A DNA stretch of 64,000 bases from Candidatus Poribacteria bacterium (GCA_963665845.2 OY762492.1:576001-640000), one strand, 5' to 3'; numbered from the stretch's first letter, positions 1-9,762 are shown. Numbers and translations are program-made. The notes: generated from the sequence alone by a model not told the origin.

Positions 1-512
1 AAGAAGGAGACAAGCGACAAACCCAGCGTCGCTAAAATAAAATACTGAACGCGGATTGTCCAGCCTGCGCCGATGAAGACGCAGATGAAGACGACCAGAT
101 TGACGACGGTGGCGATTTGCCGCTCCGTATATCTTGCGTCCAGCGTCTCAAAGGAGCTGCGCAGCTCCTCCGAGAATCCGATCACATACATGGCGACCAC
201 CACCGCCTGCGCCAGAAAGAAGACGATGCCGATGGCGGAGCCGAATTCAACGCCGAGGCTTCTAGAGATAAGGTAGTAGGCGCCTCCTCCGCCGACGCGG
301 ATATTGGTGGCGATTGCCGAGAGCGACAGCGCTGTCAGCAGCGTGATCGCCGAACTCAACAGGACGATGAGAACGCCTTGAAGCATCCCCGCCCGCCCGA
401 CGCAGACGCCGAGGCGCAGAAACATGATGACGCCCAGGATCGTCAAAACGCATGGGGTGAAGACTCCTCCGAAGGTTCCAAACCGCCCTGGCGTCGTTCG
501 GTCGGCGGGCAT
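1..512 (-). CDS. Cation-chloride cotransporter (SLC12/CCC-like, APC superfamily) amino acid permease, N-terminal part; runs off the window edge
   Basis: Not in the ORF track. Manual minus-strand translation from ATG 512 (AGAAAGGA upstream) gives MPADRTTPGRFGTFGGVFSPCVLTILGVIMFLRLG...LSAIATNIRVGGGGAYYLISRSLGVEFGSAIG, which matches CCC-family motifs. Confidence 0.85.
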   Translation of the reverse strand, partial: MPADRTTPGRFGTFGGVFTPCVLTILGVIMFLRLGVCVGRAGMLQGVLIVLLSSAITLLTALSLSAIATNIRVGGGGAYYLISRSLGVEFGSAIGIVFFLAQAVVVAMYVIGFSEELRSSFETLDARYTERQIATVVNLVVFICVFIGAGWTIRVQYFILATLGLSLVSF

Positions 513-622
513 GCGGTCGTCCTTTCTAGAAACGCCGTTTTATCGTATGCTTTTTCTGAACGCAGGGCAATCGGCAGCCCTGCCATGAAGTTTAACTCAA
601 AAAACGCTGGAAAGGCGGATCA

Positions 623-1459
623 ATGATTAAAGTCGGCTGCATGTCGCTCAGCTATAAGGATGTGTGGAACGAGGCGGGGATGACGATAGAAGGCTTTTTG
701 GAACGCGCCTATGAGCTGCGCCTGGACGGCGTCGACCTGCATACAAGCGCGTTTGACGACACGGGCGATGCCGCGCTCCGCAAGATACGGCTTGCGTGTC
801 AAGAACGGGGGCTGGCTGTTTCGTATATCGGCGTCAGCAACAACTTCGGCAAGACGGGCGCCGCTCTGCGGGCGGACATCGATCTGGTGAAAACGTGGGT
901 CGACACGGCGGCGCGCATGGGCGTTCCGATGGTACGCATCTTTGCCGCCTGGCTGCCGAAGGATGAGCCTGAGGAGCGGGTGTGGGAACGCATGCTCGGC
1001 GCTTTGCGGGAGACGACCGACCATGCCGCGGAAAAAGGGGTCTCGCTTGGGCTGCATAACCATAACCATGGATGCGTGACGCGGACGGGCGCGGACGTTC
1101 TGCGCATTTTGGACGCGGTCGACAACCCGTACTTCACGCATATTCTGGACACAGGACAGTATGTCGGGTCGCCGGGGGCGTCTGGGGCGGATCGAGAGGC
1201 GCCGGGGACGGAGCGGCTGTACCGCAGTTTGGCGGAAAGCGCGCCGCGGGCTGTTCATGTGCGGGCGAAGTTTTACCGCGTCGCCGACGGGGAAGAAAAG
1301 TGGCTCGACTATCCGCGCATCCTGGACATTTTGAAGCGGGTCGGATTCAACGGATGGATGTCGGTTGTGTATGAAGGCTTTGACGCGGAGCCGTCCGCAA
1401 CGGCGGTACCGAAGGCGGTTCGCTGCCTGCGCCGCCTCCTGCGCGAGAGAGGCATGTAG
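623..1459 (+). CDS. Sugar phosphate isomerase/epimerase family protein (xylose isomerase-like TIM barrel)
   Basis: 278 aa; LHNHNH, ILDTGQ, HVRAK and GFNGWMSVVYEG motifs typical of the AP_endonuc_2 family. Confidence 0.85.
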   Translation: MIKVGCMSLSYKDVWNEAGMTIEGFLERAYELRLDGVDLHTSAFDDTGDAALRKIRLACQERGLAVSYIGVSNNFGKTGAALRADIDLVKTWVDTAARMGVPMVRIFAAWLPKDEPEERVWERMLGALRETTDHAAEKGVSLGLHNHNHGCVTRTGADVLRILDAVDNPYFTHILDTGQYVGSPGASGADREAPGTERLYRSLAESAPRAVHVRAKFYRVADGEEKWLDYPRILDILKRVGFNGWMSVVYEGFDAEPSATAVPKAVRCLRRLLRERGM

Positions 1460-1465
1460 GCTTGT

Positions 1466-2395
1466 TCACTCCGTCTCTGTAGGCGTCGGCGGGGCGGGCG
1501 GTCTGTAAGGTCCGTCCGACCAGCCGATGATTCTCCATGCGTCCGATCCGTCCCGCGCGCGCGTCACATATATCTGCGCGGAGCCGACGCTCTGCCGGGC
1601 GCCTGTCTGTCCGCGAAACGCCATGCCGTAGTCGTATGAGATGACGGCCACATTGTCAGCCATCTGAAAGTCGCGCGGGCGGGACATTTCAACAATCGCT
1701 TCGTTGTCGTCTGGACGGAAGAGGCGGTTCATGACAATCTCTTGATAGACGTCGTCGCCCTGAATGAGAAAGTCGTCGTCCGGGTTTTGAGGCGTTCCGC
1801 GGTCGTGCGAATATTGAAAGCCCTCGTCCAGAGCGGAGAGAAACGCCTGCACATCGCGCCGCATGACCGCTTCGCGCAGGGCGCCTTCGACGGTGGCGAT
1901 GACCGCAAGCGCTTCAGGCGTCATGAGGGAGGGGTCTTCCGCCTCGCGCGCCAGGTCTTCCTCGCTGAGCAGCCCGGAGCCTTGCGCCGTTTCAAACAGA
2001 TCGGGCGCGGGCTGTTCCACCATGCTCGGCAGCGGCTCGGAGAGGGTCTCTTGCCCCTGTTCATCATTACTATTTGGAACGCCGGCGATTGGCGGAGAGA
2101 CCGTCGCGGGCGTCAACACGGGGTCTAACAGCGTTTGTACCACCTCCTCGTCGGTGAGATAGTCAAAGGTGTTGACGTCGGTCAACTGGAGCGGCTCCGA
2201 TCCAAACAGACCGGTATTGACGGTCTCTCCTTCTTCGGCGGCGGTTTCCGTTCCCGCTTCCGTTGAGAGTACGGGAGATGGCGCTATTTCTTCTTCAGCG
2301 GTTTTGTGCGGGTCGTAAAAGAAACCAAAATAGACCGTAGCGCCGACGGCGGCAAGCCCTGCGGCTGCGAGCAACCATGTGGACGATTTCATCAT
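1466..2395 (-). CDS. Hypothetical membrane-anchored protein with an acidic linker and a probable C-terminal NTF2/SnoaL-like domain
   Basis: N-terminal hydrophobic helix, E/P/T-rich linker, C-terminal 'RRDVQAFLSALDEGF...WRIIGW' pattern; lies directly downstream of valS. Confidence 0.6.
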   Translation of the reverse strand: MMKSSTWLLAAAGLAAVGATVYFGFFYDPHKTAEEEIAPSPVLSTEAGTETAAEEGETVNTGLFGSEPLQLTDVNTFDYLTDEEVVQTLLDPVLTPATVSPPIAGVPNSNDEQGQETLSEPLPSMVEQPAPDLFETAQGSGLLSEEDLAREAEDPSLMTPEALAVIATVEGALREAVMRRDVQAFLSALDEGFQYSHDRGTPQNPDDDFLIQGDDVYQEIVMNRLFRPDDNEAIVEMSRPRDFQMADNVAVISYDYGMAFRGQTGARQSVGSAQIYVTRARDGSDAWRIIGWSDGPYRPPAPPTPTETE

Positions 2396-2407
2396 TCTCT
2401 CCTTATT

Positions 2408-5077
2408 CTACTCCTTCAGCATGCGAATGTTCTTTGCGAGCTTGTCCTGCGCGGCTTCCAGTTCCTCTCGGCGCGCTCTCGCTTTTTCGACGACCGCGGC
2501 GGGCGCCCGGTTGAGAAAGTTTTCATTCGACAAGTTCTTCTCGGCGCGCTCCAGCTCCTTGTTGACCCGCGCCTTCTCTTTTTCAAGGCGGGCTGTCTCG
2601 GCGCCGATGTCGATGACGCCTTCCAGCGGGATGTACATCTCCACGCTTCCGACCACCGCGGCGGCGGAGGCGGGCGGCTTCGCGTGAAACTCCGCCACAT
2701 CCAGCGTGGACGCCTTCGCCAGCGCCGACATGTAACCCGCATGGGCGGACAGAGCCTCCCGCGCCGAGGCGTCGCGCGAATGCGCCAGAACAGCGATCTC
2801 CCGCGACGGCGGAACGTTCAGCTCGCCGCGAATGTTCCGCGCCGCGTTCACCGCCCCCATGACGACGCTCATCTGCCGCTCCGCTTCGGCGTCGATGTCG
2901 GACGGGTTGAAGGTTGGAAACTCGGCGCGGCATAAGCTGCCCTCTTCGACGCCGAGACGCTGCCACAGCTCCTCGGTCAAAAACGGCATGAACGGATGCA
3001 GCAGACGCAGGATCGCGTCAAAAACGGAGCGGAGCGTCTGCTGGGCGTCTCGGCGCGCCTGCGGATTCTCTTTCTGATAAAGGCGCGTCTTGGCAAGCTC
3101 CAGGTGCCAGTCGCAGAATTCATGCCAGATGAATTCATGGAGCGCGTTTGCCGCGTCGGCGAAACGGAACCGCTCTAGGCTGGTTTGGACCTCCTGAACG
3201 GTACGGGCGGTTCGGCTGACGATCCATCGGTCAACCGTTTCGTCGGAGCGGGCGGCGTTTGGATCAGGCTCAAAATCGCTGAGATGCGTCAAGACGAACC
3301 GCCCTGCGTTCCATATCTTGTTGGCGAAGTTGCGCGCCCCGGCGACCCGCCCCTCCTGAAGCTGCATCCAGTCCGCTTCGATCATGGCGGAAGCGATGGC
3401 GAAGCGGAGCGGGTCGGTTCCGTATTTGTCCATCATCTCCAGCGGATCGATCGTGTTGCCGCGCGACTTGCTCATCTTTTTCCCGTCGTCGCCCGCAAGC
3501 AGCGGATGCAGATAGACCGTTTTGAACGGGGGCGCGTTCTCCAGCTCCAGCGACAGGTTCGCCATGCGCGAAACCCAGAAGAAGAGAATGTCCCAGGCGG
3601 TCACCAGCGTATCGGTCGGGAAGAAGGTTTTGTAGGCGGGCGCCTCTCGGTTCGGCCATCCGAGCGTTGCGAGGGGCCAGATGCCGCTGCTGAACCATGT
3701 GTCTAAAACATCGCTGTCTTGCTCTAAGGGAATGCTGGAGCCGTAGTCGGCGCCGTATTTTTCCTGCGCTTGGGCGCGCGCGTCCGCCTCGTTTTCCGCC
3801 ACAAAATAGATGTCGTCCGGCGTCTTCCATGCGGGTATGCGGTGTCCCCACCAGCGTTTGCGCGCGAGCGGCCAGTCGCGTATGTTTTCCATCCACTGAA
3901 CGAATCGGCGCCCCTGATTTTCGGGAATGAAACGTATCTGCCCATTTTTAACCGCCTCGATGCCGGCGTCGGCAAGCGGGCGCATGCGCATAAACCACCC
4001 TGGAGCGACCAGCGGCTCAACAGGTACCCCTGTCCGTTCTGACAAGCCGATCGACACAAGATAGTCTTCCGTCTTGACCAAATGCCCGCTGGATGTTAGG
4101 TCTTTTAAAAGGCGCTCTCGGCAGTCGAATCGGTCAAGCCCTTCGTAGGGTCCGCCGTTTTTGTTGATCTGCGCCTTCGAGTTGAAAATGTCGATCCGCT
4201 TCAGCCCATGCCGCTTTCCGATCTCATAGTCGTTCGGGTCATGTCCAGGGGTCACTTTGAGCGCCCCTGTGCCGAATTCGGCGTCGACATACTCGTCCGC
4301 GATGACGGGCAGCTCCCGTCCAACCAGAGGCAGAATCGCTTTTTTGCCAATCTGTTTTTTGTAACGTTCGTCTTCAGGGTTGACCGCCACCGCCGTGTCG
4401 CCCAGCATCGTTTCGGGGCGCGTCGTGGCGACGATGAGCGCGTCGTCCGAATCTTTCAGCGGGTAGCGGATGTGGTACAGCTTGCCTTGCCGTTCCTCAT
4501 GCTCAACCTCAAGATCGCTGACGCTCGTTTCGAGGCTTGGGTCCCAGTTCACCATCTCTTCGCCGCGGTAGATATGCCCCGCTTTGTAGAGCCGTTTGAA
4601 AGCGATGGGAACCGCTTTGAGATAGTCTTCGTCTAGGGTGAACCGTTCGCGTTCCCAGTCGCAGGAGGCGCCGAGGCGCATGAGTTGTCCGACGATGGTT
4701 CCGCGGGAGGCGTCTTTTTCCTGATACATGCGTTCGATGAATTTTTCGCGTCCGAGGTCGTAGCGCGTTTGCCCTTTTTCTTTCAGTTTCCGCTCTAGGA
4801 CGACTTCGGCGGCGATGCCTGCATGGTCGGTGCCGGGCATCCAGAGCGCGTTGCAGCCGCTCATCCGCTTCCAGCGTATGAGTATGTCCTGGAGCGTGTT
4901 GTCCAGCGCATGCCCCACATGCAGGCTTCCGGTCACATTCGGCGGCGGAATGACGATGCAGTAGGGCGGCTTCTCCGATTCGTCTTCCGCGCGGAAGCAG
5001 CCGTTTTGCAGCCAGTAATCCAGTATGCGCTTTTCTAAATCGCTCGGTTCATACGCCTTCGACAGCTTAGAATCCAT
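2408..5077 (-). CDS. valS: Valine--tRNA ligase
   Basis: PPPNVTGSLHVGH (HIGH), KMSKS, DVLDTWFSS and a C-terminal coiled coil; the start may be up to 5101. Confidence 0.97.
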   Translation of the reverse strand: MDSKLSKAYEPSDLEKRILDYWLQNGCFRAEDESEKPPYCIVIPPPNVTGSLHVGHALDNTLQDILIRWKRMSGCNALWMPGTDHAGIAAEVVLERKLKEKGQTRYDLGREKFIERMYQEKDASRGTIVGQLMRLGASCDWERERFTLDEDYLKAVPIAFKRLYKAGHIYRGEEMVNWDPSLETSVSDLEVEHEERQGKLYHIRYPLKDSDDALIVATTRPETMLGDTAVAVNPEDERYKKQIGKKAILPLVGRELPVIADEYVDAEFGTGALKVTPGHDPNDYEIGKRHGLKRIDIFNSKAQINKNGGPYEGLDRFDCRERLLKDLTSSGHLVKTEDYLVSIGLSERTGVPVEPLVAPGWFMRMRPLADAGIEAVKNGQIRFIPENQGRRFVQWMENIRDWPLARKRWWGHRIPAWKTPDDIYFVAENEADARAQAQEKYGADYGSSIPLEQDSDVLDTWFSSGIWPLATLGWPNREAPAYKTFFPTDTLVTAWDILFFWVSRMANLSLELENAPPFKTVYLHPLLAGDDGKKMSKSRGNTIDPLEMMDKYGTDPLRFAIASAMIEADWMQLQEGRVAGARNFANKIWNAGRFVLTHLSDFEPDPNAARSDETVDRWIVSRTARTVQEVQTSLERFRFADAANALHEFIWHEFCDWHLELAKTRLYQKENPQARRDAQQTLRSVFDAILRLLHPFMPFLTEELWQRLGVEEGSLCRAEFPTFNPSDIDAEAERQMSVVMGAVNAARNIRGELNVPPSREIAVLAHSRDASAREALSAHAGYMSALAKASTLDVAEFHAKPPASAAAVVGSVEMYIPLEGVIDIGAETARLEKEKARVNKELERAEKNLSNENFLNRAPAAVVEKARARREELEAAQDKLAKNIRMLKE

Positions 5078-5199
5078 CAACGCCTCCATCCTAACGCCCA
5101 TATCTTACCATGTTTTCAGCATGAACGTAACCAGACGGCAGTCTCTATAGGCGATGATGTACGAAAATCCTGTTTGAGTCGGGCTGCCTGTCATTCCGG

Positions 5200-5275
5200 G
5201 CGCGGCTAAAACCCCCTAGCCCCTTTCAAGGGGAATCGGACGCGCCGCGAATATCTCCGTATGGGCGTACTACCG
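5200..5275 (+). repeat. REP-like C/G-tract palindromic element (family B: AAACCCCCTAGCCCC(C)TTTCAAGGGG(G)AATC...GCGCCGCGAATAT)
   Basis: Similar copies at 47631-47703 and 61495-61553; inverted copies at 6553-6590, 27523-27563 and 27570-27612. Confidence 0.85.
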
Positions 5276-5302
5276 TTTCTGATCTGCCGGGCGGGGCGCT
5301 TC

Positions 5303-5332
5303 TTGACGCGCGCGTCTTCAGCGCTGTATGAT
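5303..5332 (+). promoter_or_regulatory. Putative sigma70 promoter (TTGACG-N18-TATGAT)
   Basis: Near-consensus -35/-10 upstream of the ATG at 5369. Confidence 0.5.
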
Positions 5333-5368
5333 GGACAATGAACGCGGCGAACGCGAAAGGGCGAAACC

Positions 5369-6307
5369 ATGAAACAACTGAACAGACGCGCATTCTGGCT
5401 CATACTTGCCGGCGTCGGCATGGCGGCGGTTGCCGTAGTCATGTTTTTGGCGGCGGAACGTCTTAAAAAAAGCGGCATGGACAAGAAACCGACGGGTACG
5501 CCTTCAACAGAAGTCGCGCAGATCCTCGCCCCTTTCCCCGCTCCTGTTGAGGCAAAGCCGATTGTTCAAGCGGCGCCCTCCACTCCTGAAAAGACGAAGC
5601 CCCCTGCGGTAAAACGCGCCGAGGAGCCTCCCGTTGAGCTGCAGACAGCGCCTTCCCCGCGGTATGTTTATGTGGAAAACTCTCTCGAAAAAGGGGCGCG
5701 GGACTACGACGCAAACGGACAGATCGGCGACCCGCCGGCGGGCTGGAAAGAGGATTACTCCCACTGGGATTCTGAAAACTGGGGCATGCCGCTTGAAAAG
5801 CTGGGAACGCTCTATCCAAACGGGAAGGTCGACTACAGCGTCCAGCCTTTCAAATTGAGCGCAGAAGGCAACAGATTATTGATGGAGGAGCTGGAATCGA
5901 TCCGTCAAGAAAAGGGGGAAGAAGCCGCCAAAGAGTTCATCTCCGACACCCCGAAAACAGGCCTCATTCGCCTTGGCGACGAGTATATTGACCGCGGATA
6001 CATGCGCGTTGAGGTAGAAAGCGGAAAAACGGTTTATGCGGCTTTGAGTCTGTTCGATGTTTACGGGTATCGAATCCTCGGCAACAGATTCCGCCAATTC
6101 AGCTCTCCCAACAACTTCTCCGTTGCGTATTACAGGCGGCACACTGACGGCGCGCTCATGCGCGATATTTACATGTCTGATAAAGGCGCTAAAGAGTTCA
6201 TCGCCGCGCCGCCTCCCGACATGTCCCAATATACAGACGCTCAAATCGAGGCGCTCAAACGCGCATGGCGGGGAAACTTAGAAGCGCTCAGCCCATGCTA
6301 TTTTTAA
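5369..6307 (+). CDS. Hypothetical membrane-anchored protein
   Basis: 312 aa; N-terminal TM helix and P/K-rich linker; no recognisable family. Confidence 0.7.
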   Translation: MKQLNRRAFWLILAGVGMAAVAVVMFLAAERLKKSGMDKKPTGTPSTEVAQILAPFPAPVEAKPIVQAAPSTPEKTKPPAVKRAEEPPVELQTAPSPRYVYVENSLEKGARDYDANGQIGDPPAGWKEDYSHWDSENWGMPLEKLGTLYPNGKVDYSVQPFKLSAEGNRLLMEELESIRQEKGEEAAKEFISDTPKTGLIRLGDEYIDRGYMRVEVESGKTVYAALSLFDVYGYRILGNRFRQFSSPNNFSVAYYRRHTDGALMRDIYMSDKGAKEFIAAPPPDMSQYTDAQIEALKRAWRGNLEALSPCYF

Positions 6308-6381
6308 AAAGCGTCCGCGGCGCTTATGATTCCGCCCGCCTGCGCAGGAAGGGCGAGTAGCCCGCGGGGTTTCTAAACTCC

Positions 6382-6549
6382 CTGACCTCATGCTAAAAGT
6401 TGGGACATTTGAACTGACGATCGCTCTATTCATGGGAAAAAGGCTTCGTCAACCAGACCGTCATTCCCGCGTAAGCGGGAATCTAGAGGCGCCGAAGAAG
6501 ACGTCCGCGTTCGCATGCCGACATGTCCCAACTTAAGACGTGAGGTCAG
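6382..6549. mobile_element. 168-bp MITE, copy 1
   Basis: Imperfect 27-bp TIRs (CTGACCTCATGCTAAAAGTTGGGACAT / ATGTCCCAACTTAAGACGTGAGGTCAG); 8-bp direct repeat TAAACTCC at 6374-6381 and 6550-6557; second full copy at 54702-54869. Confidence 0.9.
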
Positions 6550-6604
6550 TAAACTCCCCCTTGAAAAGGGCTGGGGGTTTTTAGCCGCGCGCTGATCACG
6601 CTTC

Positions 6605-6749
6605 GTTTTGAACTAGGATTTTCAGGATTTGAGATGCGGGCATGTCGTGGGCGGCGTGTCGATTTTCGGCAATTCTCCTGGCAATCTTTTCAATCATGCA
6701 AATCTTAGTTCAGAAAGCAGACAGTTTCGGGTACGCCTCTGGATTCCCG
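6605..6749 (+). repeat. ~145-bp dispersed intergenic repeat (family C) with an internal inverted repeat TGAACTAGGATTT...AAATCTTAGTTCA
   Basis: Highly similar copy at 27627-27779. Confidence 0.85.
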
Positions 6750-6843
6750 CTTGCGCGGGAATGACGACCTGGTTGATGACGCTTCTTTTCCATGAATAGA
6801 GCGGTCATTCGTTCAAATGTCTCTAACTTTCGGCGCGAGGTAT
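6739..6843 (-). repeat. Degenerate inverted left half of the 168-bp MITE, including a REP-like palindrome at 6742-6765
   Basis: Reverse complement aligns with 6382-6484 (ACCTC...AAAGTT.G.GACATTTGAAC...GCTCTATTCATGG...CAACCAG...GTCATTCCCGCG.AAGCGGGAATC). Confidence 0.75.
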
Positions 6844-6953
6844 TGTATCGACGGGCGGGGCGCGCTAAATTAATGGACGCCGCGCGCTCATCGATTCAAC
6901 CGAAAAGCCGCGCGCTCATTCAAAGACCGAAAAGAACCGAAAAGGACACGCAT

Positions 6954-7970
6954 ATGGCAGACGACATTAGAGGAGCCGTCATCGGATACGGCGCCGCGTT
7001 CAATATGGGCAGGCACCACGCCAACGCCATGAACCACCATGACGGCATGAAAACCGTCGCGATCCTGGACATCGACAAGGCGCGCACCGACGCCGCCCAA
7101 AAAGATTTTCCCGACATCGAAACCTTCAACACGCTGGACGACCTGCTCGCCTGGGGCGAGTTTGATGTCGCCGTCAACGTTCTCCCGCACAGCCTCCACC
7201 ATTCCGAGACGCTCCCATGCCTGCAGGCAGGCAAGCATGCGATCGTCGAAAAGCCGTTCACGATCACCATCGCCGAGGCGACCGAGCTGATCGAAACGGC
7301 AAAGAAGAAAGAGGTTGTCCTGACCGTCCACCACAACCGGCGCTGGGACGCCGACTTCTGGACGCTCAAAAACCTGGTCGCCAGCGGCATCATCGGGCAG
7401 GTGTACAATGTGGAAATGTGGGGCGGCGGATACGGTCGCCCGAACCCGAACTGGTGGCGCAGCGTCAAGGCGGTCTCCGGCGGCGCGTTTTACGACTGGG
7501 GCGCGCATTTCATCGACTGGCTGCTGAATGTGATCCCTGAAAAAATGGTCAACATCACCGGCTTTTTTCATGACCTTGTCTGGCATGACATCAGCAACGA
7601 AGACCATGTCCACGGCATCATCCGTTTTGCGAACGGCTGCAGCGCCGACATTCAGATGTCGAACATCGCCAAGGTCGGCAAACCGCGCTGGCGCCTGCTC
7701 GGCTCGCACGGCTCCATCGTCTCCAACGGCGGCAAGTATAAGATCCTGTCCGAGGTGGAAGGGTTCGACAAGGAGAGCGAAGTCGGCTTTTCAGGACGCC
7801 CCGGCCCCTCTTTTTACACGAACTTTGTCGCGCATGTGAACGATCCAGAAAACAACCCGCTCATCGTGACGCCGGAGTCGGCGCGGCGCGTCATCGCGGT
7901 TCTGGAGCTGTCGGAGAAGTCGGCGCGTTCGCATCAGTCCGAGACGGTTCCGTACGAATTTGAGGAGTGA
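6954..7970 (+). CDS. Gfo/Idh/MocA family oxidoreductase
   Basis: GAVIGYG Rossmann motif, GKHAIVEKP, HNRRWD and GGAFYDWGAH; RBS AAGGA before ATG 6954. Confidence 0.92.
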   Translation: MADDIRGAVIGYGAAFNMGRHHANAMNHHDGMKTVAILDIDKARTDAAQKDFPDIETFNTLDDLLAWGEFDVAVNVLPHSLHHSETLPCLQAGKHAIVEKPFTITIAEATELIETAKKKEVVLTVHHNRRWDADFWTLKNLVASGIIGQVYNVEMWGGGYGRPNPNWWRSVKAVSGGAFYDWGAHFIDWLLNVIPEKMVNITGFFHDLVWHDISNEDHVHGIIRFANGCSADIQMSNIAKVGKPRWRLLGSHGSIVSNGGKYKILSEVEGFDKESEVGFSGRPGPSFYTNFVAHVNDPENNPLIVTPESARRVIAVLELSEKSARSHQSETVPYEFEE

Positions 7971-8971
7971 ACGCGCTGCTGAAGCCGCCCTGGGACGCCG
8001 CTCTTCCGCGCCTTTCGTCGCTGCGCGCGCTTGTTCTGGGCGATGCGATCCTGGATTCGTATCTGCTCGGCGAGGCGCGCCGCATCTCTCCGGAGGCGCC
8101 CGTGCCGATTGTGGAGATACGGTCGGAGGAGCGGCGCCTCGGCGGGGCGGCGAATGTCGCGGCGAACGCGGCCTCCTTGGGCGCGTTGTGCCGACTTATC
8201 TGCGTCGTCGGAAAAGATGAGGCGGGCGCGGAGCTGAAAAAGCTGCTCGCCGAAGCGCGCATCGACGGCGAAGGCGTTGTTGTGGACCCGTCCCGCCCGA
8301 CGAGCCACAAAACGCGCGTCATCGCGCGCAACCAGCAGGTGGTCCGCCTCGACCGCGAATCGCGCCTGCCCATCTCGGCGGAGGCGCGCCATGCGGTTCT
8401 TGAAAACGCGCGGCGGTTCATCCCGCTCTCCGACGCGCTCATCATCGAAGATTACGACAAGGGCGTTTTGGACGCGGAGATGATCGCGGAGGCGGGAGAG
8501 CTGGCGCGGCGCGCGGGAATTCCGCTCATCGTGGACCCGAAGGCGGAGAATTTCTGGTCATACCGCGGCGCGGCGTGCGTTGTGCCGAACGTTCAAGAAG
8601 CGGGCGAGGCGGTCGGACGCCGGCTGACCACGGAGCGGGAGCTGCGCCATGCCGCCCGCGAAATCATGGAGCGGCTGGAGCTGCAGTTTCTGCTCATCAC
8701 GCGGGGACCGGACGGCATGAGCCTGTATGAACGCGGCGCCGAGACGCGCATCCCCGCCGCGGCGCGCGAGGTGTATGATGTCACCGGCGCGGGCGACACG
8801 GTCGCCGCGGCGTTTGCGCTCGGCTTGGCGGCGGGCTTGTCCCCCGTCGACGCGGCGCGCATGGCGAATTGCGCCGCCGGACTGGCGGTCGGACAGATGG
8901 GCTGCGCCGTCGCGACGCAGGAACAGCTGCGGGAGGAGCTTGTCAAAATGGAACAGGAGAAAGCGGTATGA
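7967..8971 (+). CDS. rfaE1: D-glycero-beta-D-manno-heptose-7-phosphate kinase (RfaE/HldE domain I, PfkB family)
   Basis: RISPEAPVP, GGAANVA, DYDKG and DVTGAGDTV motifs. Confidence 0.92.
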   Translation: MNALLKPPWDAALPRLSSLRALVLGDAILDSYLLGEARRISPEAPVPIVEIRSEERRLGGAANVAANAASLGALCRLICVVGKDEAGAELKKLLAEARIDGEGVVVDPSRPTSHKTRVIARNQQVVRLDRESRLPISAEARHAVLENARRFIPLSDALIIEDYDKGVLDAEMIAEAGELARRAGIPLIVDPKAENFWSYRGAACVVPNVQEAGEAVGRRLTTERELRHAAREIMERLELQFLLITRGPDGMSLYERGAETRIPAAAREVYDVTGAGDTVAAAFALGLAAGLSPVDAARMANCAAGLAVGQMGCAVATQEQLREELVKMEQEKAV

Positions 8972-9762
8972 GTCTCACGGTTGCGTCGCTGCATGTGTAC
9001 CCGGTGAAGTCGCTCGGCGGCATACAGGTGGAAACGGCGGTCGTCGGACGGCGCGGCTTTCAAAACGACCGGCTATGGATGGTGGTTGACCCAGACGGTC
9101 AATTTCGAACCCAGCGCGAAACGCCACGCATGTGCCTCATTAAAACGCATATGGAGTCGGGCGGGCTGCGTTTGAGCGCGGACGGAATGCCCGACCTGCG
9201 CCTGCCGATGAAAGGGGAGGACGGGGCGCGCCGTTCCGTCGTTGTCTGGGGGGACGAGTGCGAAGCCGTTGACCAAGGAAACGAACCGGCGGAATGGTTG
9301 AGCGATTTTCTCAAAGAGCCTTCCCGCCTTGTGCGCATGGCGAACGACCACCGGCGCGAAGCGGGATGGGGCGATTCGCTTGTCGGGTTCGCCGATCGGT
9401 ACGCGTTTCTGTTCATATCGGAAGCGTCGCTGGAGGACTTAAACAGCCGACTGGAAACGCCCCTGCCGATGAACCGTTTTCGCCCCAACATCGTCGTTCG
9501 CGGCGCCAAGCCGTACGAGGAGGACACATGGAGCCGCGTCAACATCGGAGAGACGCGCTTTAGAGGACGAACGCGCTGCACCCGCTGCGCGACCACGGCG
9601 ACCGATCAAGAAACGGCGGCGCGCGGCGTGGAACCTCTCCGCACGCTCGCCACCTACCGCCGAACGCCGAAGGGCGACGTCGCCTTCGGGCGCAATTTTA
9701 ACCACCTGGACATCGGCGGGCAAATCTCCGTCGGGGACGCGATCCACACCACTCAATTCTAA
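8968..9762 (+). CDS. MOSC domain-containing protein (YcbX/mARC-like)
   Basis: YPVKSLGG, DRLWMVVD, RFRPNIVV and CTRC motifs; ATGA overlap with the upstream stop. Confidence 0.92.
   Translation: MSLTVASLHVYPVKSLGGIQVETAVVGRRGFQNDRLWMVVDPDGQFRTQRETPRMCLIKTHMESGGLRLSADGMPDLRLPMKGEDGARRSVVVWGDECEAVDQGNEPAEWLSDFLKEPSRLVRMANDHRREAGWGDSLVGFADRYAFLFISEASLEDLNSRLETPLPMNRFRPNIVVRGAKPYEEDTWSRVNIGETRFRGRTRCTRCATTATDQETAARGVEPLRTLATYRRTPKGDVAFGRNFNHLDIGGQISVGDAIHTTQF

Noticed and set aside
73-626. Plus-strand ORFs 73-276 and 117-626
   Set aside because: They are antisense to the clearly recognisable minus-strand transporter.
2306-5038. Long antisense and alternate-frame ORFs over valS (likewise over gyrB, argS, arc and the WD40 genes)
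   Set aside because: Expected shadow ORFs in GC-rich coding DNA; no motifs or RBS support.
6308-6381. GC-rich stretch as a possible tRNA or ncRNA
   Set aside because: No cloverleaf, T-loop or recognisable riboswitch consensus could be identified.
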